Assembly (NCBI GenBank): GCA_035627515.1
Contig: DASPLQ010000012.1
Location: 1,276,309 to 1,340,308, forward strand
Source of the DNA: Vitreimonas sp.
Lineage (GTDB): Bacteria; Patescibacteriota; Microgenomatia; UBA1400; PJMF01
Reading direction: 5' to 3'
Length of the DNA: 64,000 bases
A program made the position numbers and the translations under genes. The notes beneath the pieces were generated by a model. It did not search any database. It had not been told where the DNA came from and saw only the letters and a program-made list of their open reading frames with translations. Position 1 is the stretch's first letter. Every line of letters starts with the position of its first letter. This document shows, in pieces, positions 27,733 to 37,029 of this stretch.

Positions 27733-28263
27733 TTAGTTTAAATTACGCTTAATTCTCTTGACTAAATCAACCTGACTTTGATAATCTGAACACCCCCGGA
27801 CTGCATCCCGGATATCTCCCTGATCATCAGCAAACTCAATGCGATGGGAAAAAGTGGCAGGTTGAGATGCCCATTCCTCTGGATCTCGACCAATGTGAAA
27901 GTGGGTTTCCACACCCTTAGCTTCAGGGAAGAAGATCTCAAATAAATATAAATACTTCATCACCACTGCCAAGGCCGGAATTGCAGATGGTTCACCATGC
28001 GCCTCTAAGTAAGCTCGATAAAAACCAGTCACGTACTTATCTTCATTTAGTCTACATTTACGAATTGATTGCACTAAGCAAACTAACAACTCTAAACCAT
28101 GCCTGCCAAACTCATGATCAACAGTTGCGGTTTTCATGAAGGTGTTTTCTAGCTCTTGATTATCAGGCCGAGCGGACGCTAAATAAGCCGAGTGTTCATC
28201 ACCAAAGGGTAACAGTTCCGGATCAAGTTGAAGTGGAGGCAAAACAAATTTTTTTCGTTCCAT
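27733..28263 (-). CDS. hypothetical protein
   Basis: 176-aa ORF filling the gap between genes; no motif. Confidence 0.6.
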   Translation of the reverse strand: MERKKFVLPPLQLDPELLPFGDEHSAYLASARPDNQELENTFMKTATVDHEFGRHGLELLVCLVQSIRKCRLNEDKYVTGFYRAYLEAHGEPSAIPALAVVMKYLYLFEIFFPEAKGVETHFHIGRDPEEWASQPATFSHRIEFADDQGDIRDAVRGCSDYQSQVDLVKRIKRNLN

Positions 28264-28329
28264 ATAGTATCCATTCTGGAGTGTATGCTAAAGCAGTAGC
28301 CTCGTGTGTAAGGCTTGTGTATGAAGTTA

Positions 28330-29223
28330 TTAAGAAGTCCGCTGCCACCGCGCCCAAATACCGGTCGAAAGTGAGCGCTGCGATTGGGCTTCTTGCAGTG
28401 CCAGCTCACCCACCTGGACTTCGCCAGGGTGTTGAGACATCATCTCGCTCATCACATTTCCTAAGGTCACGGCTGAAGTACTGACAGCATAGGCATTCAT
28501 GACGATAAAGAGCGGTTTGTCACTTAAAATTTGGCTGCATAAATCTAGTAAAAGCGGTAAAGACTCTTTGAACTCCCACGTCTCACCATTGGGGCCATGA
28601 CCATACACAGGTGGATCGAGAATGATGCCATCATACTTGACCTCACGCCGCACTTCGCGGCTCACAAACTTGACTACGTCATCTAAAATCCACCGCACTG
28701 AGCGTTCATCCAAACCACTGGCGAGCTGATTCTGTTTAGCCCACCCAATAGCCGCTCTCGAGGCATCGACGTGGGTGACTTTGGCTCCCGCTTTGGCACA
28801 GACCATGCTAGCCATACCGGTATACGCAAATAAATTTAAAACTTGGAGGGGAGTTGCCGTCTCAGCAGTTTTAGCCTCAGCCAGTCGTTGTCGTAGCCAC
28901 TGCCACTGAGCACCTTGTTCGGGAAAAACACCGGTATGTTTGAAAGGGGAGAGCTTGACCACCGTCGCCATATCTTCCCAATGCATCAGCCATTCTTGTG
29001 GCATTTTAGTTTTAAATTTCCAGACACCTTTATCACCCTGAGTGCGTTCAAAAGCAGCGTCAGCCCGTTGCCACTCCGCCACCGGCAAAGTTTTCGACCA
29101 AATGATTTGGGGATCAGGGCGGCGCAACACAAACTCGCCAAAGCGCTCCAGTTTTTCGCCATCGCCACTATCAAGCAATTGATAATCACTCCAACCAGTA
29201 GGATACTCAAGTTTAATAGTCAT
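28330..29223 (-). CDS. class I SAM-dependent methyltransferase (RlmI/RlmK-like)
   Basis: DYQLLDSGDGEKLERFG, FKHTGVFPEQ, LNLFAYTG, IILDPP; start at ATG 29223. Confidence 0.9.
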   Translation of the reverse strand: MTIKLEYPTGWSDYQLLDSGDGEKLERFGEFVLRRPDPQIIWSKTLPVAEWQRADAAFERTQGDKGVWKFKTKMPQEWLMHWEDMATVVKLSPFKHTGVFPEQGAQWQWLRQRLAEAKTAETATPLQVLNLFAYTGMASMVCAKAGAKVTHVDASRAAIGWAKQNQLASGLDERSVRWILDDVVKFVSREVRREVKYDGIILDPPVYGHGPNGETWEFKESLPLLLDLCSQILSDKPLFIVMNAYAVSTSAVTLGNVMSEMMSQHPGEVQVGELALQEAQSQRSLSTGIWARWQRTS

Positions 29224-29281
29224 AAATATGATCTGGAGGTTATTATAAAGCAACCAGCTTATATAATTAAGGTAAGAATCT

Positions 29282-30112
29282 ATGTCCGAAAAATTACCAC
29301 TTCACTTTATTCCCCGGTTCCAAGCCTATATCTATCATTTTTTTGATAATTATGGTCGGCACGATTTGCCGTGGCGCCAAAATTATGATCCTTATCGAAT
29401 TATGGTGTCAGAAATCATGCTCCAACAAACTCAGGTGGAGCGCGTGATTCCTAAATACCTAGCTTTTTTAGAAAAATTTCCGACGGTGGCTGCCTTAGCC
29501 ACCGCCCCTCAAAGCCAAGTCATTCAAGCCTGGCAAGGGTTGGGATATAACCGCCGCGGACTAAACTTGCAACGAGCAGCTCAAAGTATAGTTGCTGACC
29601 ATAATGGTCACTTTCCAGATACTGAAGCCGGTTTGTTAGCACTGCCGGGCATTGGCCCCTACACCGCCGCGGCTATTCGGGCCTTTGCTTTTAACCAGCC
29701 CAGCATCGTTATCGAAACTAACATTCGGACTTTATTTATTTTTCACTTTTTTCCCGAAGCTTATAATGTGGAGGATTTGCAGCTGTTACCGTTGATTGAA
29801 GCCACCTTAGACCACAAAAATCCTCGTCGCTGGTACTCAGCTTTAATGGATTATGGGTCTTACTTAAAAAAAGTCATCGAGAACCCCACCCGGCGCAGCA
29901 AAACCTATAGTAAACAAGCCCCCTTGGCTGGCTCGAATCGTGAAGCTCGCGGTCTGATTTTGAAAGTCTTAGCCACTCACCCCGTCTTAAGTTACCCGCA
30001 ACTCGAGCAGCACACCTTGTTAATAGCAGATCGGCTCCAACCCGCTCTTGATCAATTACTGCGCGAAGGCTTCTTGAAACAGATAGGCGACAACTACAGC
30101 CTGGCAGATTAG
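29282..30112 (+). CDS. mutY: A/G-specific adenine glycosylase MutY, short clusterless form
   Basis: RHDLPWR, VSEIMLQQTQV, WQGLGYNRR, LPGIGPYTA; no Fe-S cysteines after ALMDYG. Confidence 0.9.
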   Translation: MSEKLPLHFIPRFQAYIYHFFDNYGRHDLPWRQNYDPYRIMVSEIMLQQTQVERVIPKYLAFLEKFPTVAALATAPQSQVIQAWQGLGYNRRGLNLQRAAQSIVADHNGHFPDTEAGLLALPGIGPYTAAAIRAFAFNQPSIVIETNIRTLFIFHFFPEAYNVEDLQLLPLIEATLDHKNPRRWYSALMDYGSYLKKVIENPTRRSKTYSKQAPLAGSNREARGLILKVLATHPVLSYPQLEQHTLLIADRLQPALDQLLREGFLKQIGDNYSLAD

Positions 30113-30123
30113 AATAAGGCTTC

Positions 30124-31098
30124 ATGAACTCACGTATTTATAAAACCATTGGCCTGGGAGGCACCTTTGACCACTTCCATGCTGGTCACGAAGCATTTAT
30201 TACTTTTGCCAGCCAACTCGCCAGTGAACTTTTGATTGGTTTAACTCACCCTAAGTTGACCATGTCCAAACCGTATGCTCACTTGATTGAGCCTTACGAT
30301 GTCCGTCGGCGCCAAGTCCAACTCTTTTGCCAACGCCATGGCATCAAGCACAGAATCACTGAATTAACTGACCCCATTGGCCCGACTTTAGAAAAAACTG
30401 CGGTCAGAGCCTTAGCCGTCACCAATGAAACTGAAGCTGGTGCCATTCAGATTAATACTTTGCGCCAAAAATTGGGTCTGAGACCATTGCCGGTTCATGT
30501 CACTCCTCTCATCAAAGATGAGACTGGCCAAGACATTCACTCAGTTCGTATCCGCGCGGGTGAAATTACTCGGGAAGGTGAGGTTTATAAGGCTCTTTTT
30601 GACCAAGATCTAGAATTAGGTCCTGATCAACGCCAATTCTTTGCTCAGCCCCAAGGCAAGTTGATTGATTTGACTCGCTTTACCTCACAACCTAAGAAAC
30701 AAACGTTAGTAGCGGTGGTAGGAGATTCTAGTCTGGAAACCTTTTTAAATGAGAAATGGACTCACACGCTGGGCATCTTTGATAAAAAACGAGCTCGTGA
30801 AAAATTTGAGTCAGCAGTGATTGATCAGTTAGTCAGTAGTACTGTGGCTAACCCAGCTGGCATCATCACAGTTCAATTGATTGAATCCTTACAAAACGCA
30901 CTCACTCAAAAAAAGTCCTACCTGTTTGTAGAGGGCGAAGAAGATTTGGCCGCAGTGGCTTTGGTGTTGCTAGCTCCCCTTGAGAGCTTAGTTTATTATG
31001 GCCAACCCAACCAAGGCATTGTGGAACTCAGAGTCACTGAAGAGCTCAAAAAAACGTTTTACCACGCTCTTAAAAATACGAACCTTTCCCAAAAATAA
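30124..31098 (+). CDS. coaD: archaeal/eukaryotic-type phosphopantetheine adenylyltransferase fused to DUF359 (GTP-dependent dephospho-CoA kinase)
   Basis: GGTFDHFHAGH, IHSVRIRAGEI; C-terminal VVGD, NPAG.IT, VEGEEDL, YYGQPNQG. Confidence 0.85.
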   Translation: MNSRIYKTIGLGGTFDHFHAGHEAFITFASQLASELLIGLTHPKLTMSKPYAHLIEPYDVRRRQVQLFCQRHGIKHRITELTDPIGPTLEKTAVRALAVTNETEAGAIQINTLRQKLGLRPLPVHVTPLIKDETGQDIHSVRIRAGEITREGEVYKALFDQDLELGPDQRQFFAQPQGKLIDLTRFTSQPKKQTLVAVVGDSSLETFLNEKWTHTLGIFDKKRAREKFESAVIDQLVSSTVANPAGIITVQLIESLQNALTQKKSYLFVEGEEDLAAVALVLLAPLESLVYYGQPNQGIVELRVTEELKKTFYHALKNTNLSQK

Positions 31099-31119
31099 AC
31101 CCTGTGCTAAGCTAAAGAC

Positions 31120-32307
31120 ATGAAACCTTTAGCTGCCCAGCTTCGGCCGACCACCCTCGATGAGTTCATGGGTCAAAGCCACCTCGTGGGACCTAATCAG
31201 CCACTCCGGATTGCCATTGAACAAGATAAATTATTCTCGATGATCTTGTGGGGACCACCGGGCGTCGGCAAAACCACCCTGGCCCAAATCATGGCTCACC
31301 AAACTCAACGTAATTTTTATGAGCTCTCGGCAGTGTCCGCCGGCAAAAGTGACGTCCGGGAAATTATCGACCAAGCTCAAACTCACTTGCAACTGAAAGC
31401 ACCAGTATTATTTATTGATGAAATCCATCGCTTCAATAAAGCTCAGCAGGACTTTTTATTGCCCTATGTAGAAAACGGCACCGTGATCTTAATTGGTGCC
31501 ACCACTGAAAATCCTAGTTTTGAAGTCATTTCAGCTTTGCTGTCACGAAGCCGAGTCTTTGTTCTCAAATCACTGAATGAAACTGAACTTAAAGAGATCA
31601 TTGAGCGAGCGCTGCCCGCCTTACAAAGTAGCTACAACCATGAGTTTGTGATTGATGACGAAACTCAGGATTGGTTAGTTACCTATGCCAATGGTGATGC
31701 TCGTAAGTTATTGACCATGTTGGACAATACAGCCCAACTATATGAAGATTTAACAATCGAGACGTTTAAAGCTGCCCTGCAATCCAACCAGCTTCGTTAT
31801 GACAAAGGGGGAGAGGAGCACTATGACACGATTAGTGCTTTCATTAAATCAATGCGAGCCAGCAACACTGATGCTGCCCTGTATTACTTAGCTCGGATGG
31901 TTGACGCCGGGGAGGACCCCAAATTTATTGCTCGTAGAATGGTGATTTTTGCGAGCGAAGATATTGGCCTGGCTGTGCCCACCGCACTCGTCGTCGCTAA
32001 TGCAGTTTTCGAAGCTGTCACCAAAATTGGTTATCCTGAAGCCCAAATTAATTTAGCTCACGGCGTAGCATATTTATGCCAGTGTACTAAAGACCGCTCA
32101 GCTTATGACGCTTACTTTGCAGCCTTAGCCGACGTCAAAGCCCTAGGTAACCTGGCTATCCCTTTGGAACTACGCAATGCGCCCACTAAACTCATGAAAA
32201 ACTTGGACTACGGCAAAGGTTACGAAATGTATCCTGATAAAAACAAAAGCCTGTTGCCAGATAAATTGAAACGCAAAACCTACTTTAAGAAACCGCAATC
32301 AAAATAA
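31120..32307 (+). CDS. rarA: replication-associated recombination protein RarA/MgsA
   Basis: PLAAQLRP, WGPPGVGKT, FIDEIHRFNKAQQD, GATTENP, HYDTISAFIKS, ASEDIG. Confidence 0.96.
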   Translation: MKPLAAQLRPTTLDEFMGQSHLVGPNQPLRIAIEQDKLFSMILWGPPGVGKTTLAQIMAHQTQRNFYELSAVSAGKSDVREIIDQAQTHLQLKAPVLFIDEIHRFNKAQQDFLLPYVENGTVILIGATTENPSFEVISALLSRSRVFVLKSLNETELKEIIERALPALQSSYNHEFVIDDETQDWLVTYANGDARKLLTMLDNTAQLYEDLTIETFKAALQSNQLRYDKGGEEHYDTISAFIKSMRASNTDAALYYLARMVDAGEDPKFIARRMVIFASEDIGLAVPTALVVANAVFEAVTKIGYPEAQINLAHGVAYLCQCTKDRSAYDAYFAALADVKALGNLAIPLELRNAPTKLMKNLDYGKGYEMYPDKNKSLLPDKLKRKTYFKKPQSK

Positions 32308-33145
32308 CGCCCGCCACCATCATACAGATCGGGACTAAACGGTGCTTAATGTTTTCTTGAAAAAAATACCACCCCATCACTGATGAAAAAATAATACTGG
32401 TTCGTTTGACTGAGATGAGTAACACCGCCACCGACAAACTCTGACCCACCATTTGGCTTAACACAGATAAACCATCTAAAATACCCACCGGCAGGAGCTG
32501 CTTCATGTAACGTGACGTCAGTGATTGCTTAAATTGCTGACGATCCGCCCCAAACGCTAAAGGTGTAAACACCGCTGCCAACACCACTGCGCCCAAACCA
32601 GTGTAAAAATACGGATTTGAATGAGCAATAGCTAATTTGTGGAGGCTGCCGGTAATACCCCACAACACTGCCGCACCAAACATGCAAAATGTACCGGTAT
32701 CACGCGTCATACATAATAAGGGTTGCCACAGTGGCTCCTGGCGTTTGAAGTGTAAGATGTACATTCCCAGTACGATTAATATCACCCCGGCTAAACCGAG
32801 CTGTGAAGGAAATTCTTGATTGATTATCAATCCTGAGACCAATAACACCAAAGGCGTAAAAGAAAGCATTGGCAAAGTCAGTGATAAATCAGAACGTCGC
32901 AGAGCTTCTACATAAAGCAACAGCGAAATAAAATCTAATACAATCCGAGCGCTAAAAGCTAACCAAAAAACCGCATCTAACTGTGGGATACCATGCACAA
33001 ACATCACCGGCACTAAAATAATTAAGGAGTAAAAGACCCAGGCCCACGTCACAACTAAAGAGTTAAATGACTTAGTATTATGCTTAGCTAAAACATTCCG
33101 GCTGGCATCAAAAAAAGCAGAAAATAAACCCAATACGAACCACAT
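32285..33145 (-). CDS. EamA/DMT family transporter
   Basis: About 10 TM helices in two repeats; ALRRSDLSLTLP, SVKRTSIIF. Confidence 0.85.
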   Translation of the reverse strand: MWFVLGLFSAFFDASRNVLAKHNTKSFNSLVVTWAWVFYSLIILVPVMFVHGIPQLDAVFWLAFSARIVLDFISLLLYVEALRRSDLSLTLPMLSFTPLVLLVSGLIINQEFPSQLGLAGVILIVLGMYILHFKRQEPLWQPLLCMTRDTGTFCMFGAAVLWGITGSLHKLAIAHSNPYFYTGLGAVVLAAVFTPLAFGADRQQFKQSLTSRYMKQLLPVGILDGLSVLSQMVGQSLSVAVLLISVKRTSIIFSSVMGWYFFQENIKHRLVPICMMVAGVILIAVS

Positions 33146-33181
33146 TTTTTGATTATAGCGCGTTTATGATAGGATGAATCA

Positions 33182-33568
33182 ATGAAACTAAACCCGCTGA
33201 CACCTGAAGAAAAGCGCGTGATTATTGATAAAGGCACCGAGGCTCCTTTCACCGGTGAGTATGACGAACATTTTGTGGAAGGGATTTATCTCTGTCGTCA
33301 ATGTGAGACACCTTTATATACTTCCACTGCTAAATTTCATTCCGGTTGTGGCTGGCCTAGTTTTGACCAGGAAATTCCGGACGCCGCCACTCACATTCCT
33401 GATCCTCGCTGGTATGGTAAGTACGATGAATTGATGTGTGCTCAATGTGGGGCTCATCTCGGTCATCTTTTCGAGGGTGAAGGGTTTACCGATAAAAACA
33501 CTCGCCACTGCGTCAACTCCATTTCCTTAAAATTTGTACCCCAAAAAGCGGAGGCACAAAATGTGTAA
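33182..33568 (+). CDS. msrB: methionine-R-sulfoxide reductase
   Basis: [37 protein letters not shown]. Confidence 0.96.
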   Translation: MKLNPLTPEEKRVIIDKGTEAPFTGEYDEHFVEGIYLCRQCETPLYTSTAKFHSGCGWPSFDQEIPDAATHIPDPRWYGKYDELMCAQCGAHLGHLFEGEGFTDKNTRHCVNSISLKFVPQKAEAQNV

Positions 33569-34097
33569 CTTAGAAACTGCAGTTTTTGGTGGCGGTTGTT
33601 TTTGGTGTACTGAGGCGGTCTTTCAACGATTAAAAGGTGTAGAACGCGTCGTTCCCGGTTATGCAGGGGGACGCTCACTAAATCCCAATTACTTTCGAGT
33701 CAGCGAAGGTATTACCGGTCATGCAGAAGTCATCAAGCTAGAGTTTAATCCTCAGATCATTAGCTACGAACAACTCCTTGATGTCTTTTGGCACGTCCAT
33801 GATCCTACCACTTTAAATAAACAAGGTGCGGATGTCGGAACGCAATATCGCTCGATTATTCTCTATACCAGTGATCAACAACGTATTACGGCTGAAAAAG
33901 CTCTTGCTGACCTAGAAAAATCAGCTGAATTTACCTCCCCCATCGTGACCGAGCTACAACCTCTAGACACCTTTTATGACGCTGAAGAGTACCACCGTAA
34001 TTATTTTGACCGCAATCAAACAGAACCGTATTGCGAGCTGGTCATTTCTCCTAAAATTGAGAAGCTGATTAAGCGTTATAATGACCTTCTAAAGTAA
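33561..34097 (+). CDS. msrA: methionine-S-sulfoxide reductase
   Basis: [34 protein letters not shown]; GGAGG SD before ATG 33561. Confidence 0.96.
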   Translation: MCNLETAVFGGGCFWCTEAVFQRLKGVERVVPGYAGGRSLNPNYFRVSEGITGHAEVIKLEFNPQIISYEQLLDVFWHVHDPTTLNKQGADVGTQYRSIILYTSDQQRITAEKALADLEKSAEFTSPIVTELQPLDTFYDAEEYHRNYFDRNQTEPYCELVISPKIEKLIKRYNDLLK

Positions 34098-34099
34098 TT

Positions 34100-35020
34100 A
34101 TGCACTCTGTTTTAGAAGTCACTAACTTAACTAAGCGCTATGGCGAGTACACCGCTGTAGACCAAATCTCCTTCGATATTAAAGAGGGGGAAATTTTAGG
34201 ATTACTGGGGGCTAATGGCGCGGGAAAGTCTACGACCATCCAAATGTTGCTAGGCTTGACCGAACCCAATGGCGGCGAAATTAAGTATTTTGGTAAAAAT
34301 TTTGCTGATCATCGGGAAAGTTGTTTGTCACGCTTAAACTTTGCCTCCGCCTATTCAGAGCTCCAAGGTCGGATGAGCATTTATCAAAACCTCAAAGTGT
34401 ATGCAGCCTTATATCAAGTGCCTAAACCTGAAGAACGTATTGCTGAGTTATTAAGAATTCTAGAAATTGAAGCCGTGCGAGACGTGAATTTTTGGAAAGT
34501 GTCATCGGGACAAAAAACTCGTGCCATTTTAGCTAAAGCACTGCTCAATAATCCTAAAATGTTATTGATGGATGAGCCCACAGCCAGTCTTGATCCCGAC
34601 ATTATTAATAAGATTATCGATTTGATCAAAGAACTCCAAGTTACTCAAAAAATGAGCATTCTTTTTACTAGTCATAACATGGATGAAGTCACACGGCTGT
34701 GTGATCGAGTAGCATTTTTAGTCAAAGGTAAGATTGTAGCCCTGGATACGCCGCTTCAATTAACCAAACTAGTGGGTAAAACTAAATTGGTGATTACGTA
34801 CGAGGGTAAAAAGACCCAGATGACACAGTATTTAGAAACACAATCTTTGGCCCACCACCATGTCCGGAATGACGTGGTAGAAATTTCTGTAGCAGAATCA
34901 GAAATACCAGGTGTATTATTTGGTCTCAAAGGCGAAGAAATCTGGGTCACAAATATTAGTATCGAACAACCTTCATTAGAAGACGTTTTCTTGATGATGG
35001 CGAGAAAGAACGCTGTATGA
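34100..35020 (+). CDS. ABC transporter ATP-binding protein
   Basis: GANGAGKST, VSSGQ, LLMDEPT, SH switch. Confidence 0.93.
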   Translation: MHSVLEVTNLTKRYGEYTAVDQISFDIKEGEILGLLGANGAGKSTTIQMLLGLTEPNGGEIKYFGKNFADHRESCLSRLNFASAYSELQGRMSIYQNLKVYAALYQVPKPEERIAELLRILEIEAVRDVNFWKVSSGQKTRAILAKALLNNPKMLLMDEPTASLDPDIINKIIDLIKELQVTQKMSILFTSHNMDEVTRLCDRVAFLVKGKIVALDTPLQLTKLVGKTKLVITYEGKKTQMTQYLETQSLAHHHVRNDVVEISVAESEIPGVLFGLKGEEIWVTNISIEQPSLEDVFLMMARKNAV

Positions 35021-35799
35021 GCTGGGCCCGTATCAAAGCTATTTTATTGCATTCCTACTACCACACTAGTCATAGTGTGGAAACCTGGGTGGATTTAGGC
35101 TGGTTTACGTTCATTCAGCTAGGAGTATTTGGCTTTTTAGCTTCATTTTTTGCTCAAGGGAATCCTGAAATGGGTCGCGCTCTTTTATTGGGCTTCTTGT
35201 TTTGGGAAGTAGTCCGCATTGGACAATATTGTGTCTCAATTACCTTGATGTGGGAAGTCTGGTCGCACAGTTTGAGCACCATGTTTATCTCACCCTTAAC
35301 TATGGAAGAGTTTTTCACCAGCCAAATGATTTCAGGAGCAATTAAAACCTTAGGGCTGGTAGTACTGCTTAGTTTAACTAGCAAATTCATGTTTGGCTTT
35401 TGGATTTTTGAACTAGGTTTGATGTCTATTATCTATATCAGTCTGCTGTTATTGTTTTCATACGCCATGGGAATTTTTATTGCTGGTCTAATCGTTCGGT
35501 ATGGGACTGATATTCAGTCACTAGCGTGGGGATTAATCTTCATTTTTCAACCATTGTCGGCTGTTTATTATCCAGTGTCAGCGCTGCCACCTGCCCTTCA
35601 GTATGTGGCCATGATTTCTCCGATCACCTATGTAATGGAATCAGCTCGAATGCAACTCAGTGGCTTTTCACCACACTGGAACTACTTATTGATCTCAACT
35701 TTTTTGGGTTTGGCTTACTTTGCAGGCTCGCTGTGGTTCTTAAAAGCGATGTATTTACAAGCTCGACGGAATGGTTCGTTTGCCCGTCTTGGACATTAA
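35017..35799 (+). CDS. ABC-2 type permease
   Basis: Six TM helices; SAVYYPVSALP; ATGA overlap with the ATPase gene. Confidence 0.88.
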   Translation: MSWARIKAILLHSYYHTSHSVETWVDLGWFTFIQLGVFGFLASFFAQGNPEMGRALLLGFLFWEVVRIGQYCVSITLMWEVWSHSLSTMFISPLTMEEFFTSQMISGAIKTLGLVVLLSLTSKFMFGFWIFELGLMSIIYISLLLLFSYAMGIFIAGLIVRYGTDIQSLAWGLIFIFQPLSAVYYPVSALPPALQYVAMISPITYVMESARMQLSGFSPHWNYLLISTFLGLAYFAGSLWFLKAMYLQARRNGSFARLGH

Positions 35800-35822
35800 T
35801 AGACCTATAATTATTTAGTTGT

Positions 35823-35871
35823 TTTTCACGGATATTTCACGAATTTTCACCAGATAATATTCGTGAAAATT
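35823..35871. repeat. short TTTCAC(G) tandem repeats with an inverted copy
   Basis: tttcacgga / tttcacgaa / tttcaccag, then attcgtgaaaatt; perfect 10-bp IR 35835-35844 vs 35859-35868. Confidence 0.7.
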
Positions 35872-35878
35872 AACATAC

Positions 35879-36460
35879 ATGCCGATCATCTATTTTATCA
35901 CCCATCCTGAAGTACTCATTAATCCTGAGCAAGACATTCAAGCGTGGTCACTTTCCGAAAAAGGCCAACAACGAACCCATAACTCTCTCGCCCAACCGTG
36001 GTGGCACGACATCGCCGCACTTTATTCAAGCACGGAAAGAAAAGCTATCGAAACAACCGAGATAATCGCTCACCAGCTTTCGCTCAAATACACACAGATA
36101 GCAACGCTCGGTGAAATGGACCGCTCCAGTACCGGCTATTTACCACGGGCAGAGTTCGAACTGACCGCCGACCACTTCTTTTCTCAACCCACAGTCAGTG
36201 TCAGAGGGTGGGAAAAAGCCGTTGATGCTCAGACACGTATTGTCACGGCTATTGATGACATCAGTAAACAGCATACTCATCAAAAAGTTACCATTATTTC
36301 TCATGGTGGGGTAGGGGCGTTATTACTCGCTCATCTTCACCACGCATCCATCTCTCGGCAGTTTGACCAACCTGGAAACGGTGGCGGCAATTACTTTGTC
36401 TTTGACACCCACACTCAGCAGGTTTTGACCACTTGGAAACCATTTGACGTAGTAGAATAA
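35879..36460 (+). CDS. histidine phosphatase (phosphoglycerate mutase-like) family protein
   Basis: FITHPEV (variant of RHG), LS.KG, YSSTERKA, LGEMDR, IISHGG. Confidence 0.8.
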   Translation: MPIIYFITHPEVLINPEQDIQAWSLSEKGQQRTHNSLAQPWWHDIAALYSSTERKAIETTEIIAHQLSLKYTQIATLGEMDRSSTGYLPRAEFELTADHFFSQPTVSVRGWEKAVDAQTRIVTAIDDISKQHTHQKVTIISHGGVGALLLAHLHHASISRQFDQPGNGGGNYFVFDTHTQQVLTTWKPFDVVE

Positions 36461-36463
36461 GCT

Positions 36464-36976
36464 ATGCCTCTCGATAACCAATCAGAACGCTTCATTTGGG
36501 TTGATGAACACGACCAAGTGCTTGGTTCCATTTCCCGCCGCGAAGCCCATGATGGCACGCACAAGATTCATCGTGCTATGTACGTCATTTTACTCAATAC
36601 TCAAGGGGAGATTCTGATGCAGCAGCGCAGCGCGCATAAAGATTTATGGCCCCACTGGTGGAGTCTGTCAGTAGCAGGCCATGTCAGCGAGGGCGAAAGT
36701 TACGAAGATGCCGCCAAACGTGAAAGTCTGGAAGAAATTGGCCTTGAGCTCAAGTTTGAGTTCAAAGGTACTTATTTCAATCGCAATGATAAAGAAAGTG
36801 AGTACATTGCTGTTTTCACTGCTGTCTCTGATCTCACTGCTGATCAAATTAAGTTTGATGTGGATGAAGTTGAACAAGTCAGATGGTTGCCCCAGTCAGA
36901 ACTCAAAAGTTTTCTTGAAACTCATCAAATTGTGCCTCACGTCCCTCAGGCACTTAAAGTCGCTGGGTTGGGTTAA
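36464..36976 (+). CDS. NUDIX hydrolase (Idi/YfcD-like)
   Basis: IHRA, QQRS.HKD.WP, GHVSEGESYEDAAKRESLEEIG. Confidence 0.88.
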   Translation: MPLDNQSERFIWVDEHDQVLGSISRREAHDGTHKIHRAMYVILLNTQGEILMQQRSAHKDLWPHWWSLSVAGHVSEGESYEDAAKRESLEEIGLELKFEFKGTYFNRNDKESEYIAVFTAVSDLTADQIKFDVDEVEQVRWLPQSELKSFLETHQIVPHVPQALKVAGLG

Positions 36977-37029
36977 CAACTTTATACCACGCTACACTTC
37001 CTGCAAGCTTGAGTTGGTAAACTGCCCGC

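Noticed and set aside
33534-33568. msrB/msrA as a frameshifted fusion
   Set aside because: msrA has its own GGAGG SD and ATG at 33561; an ordinary 8-bp overlap.
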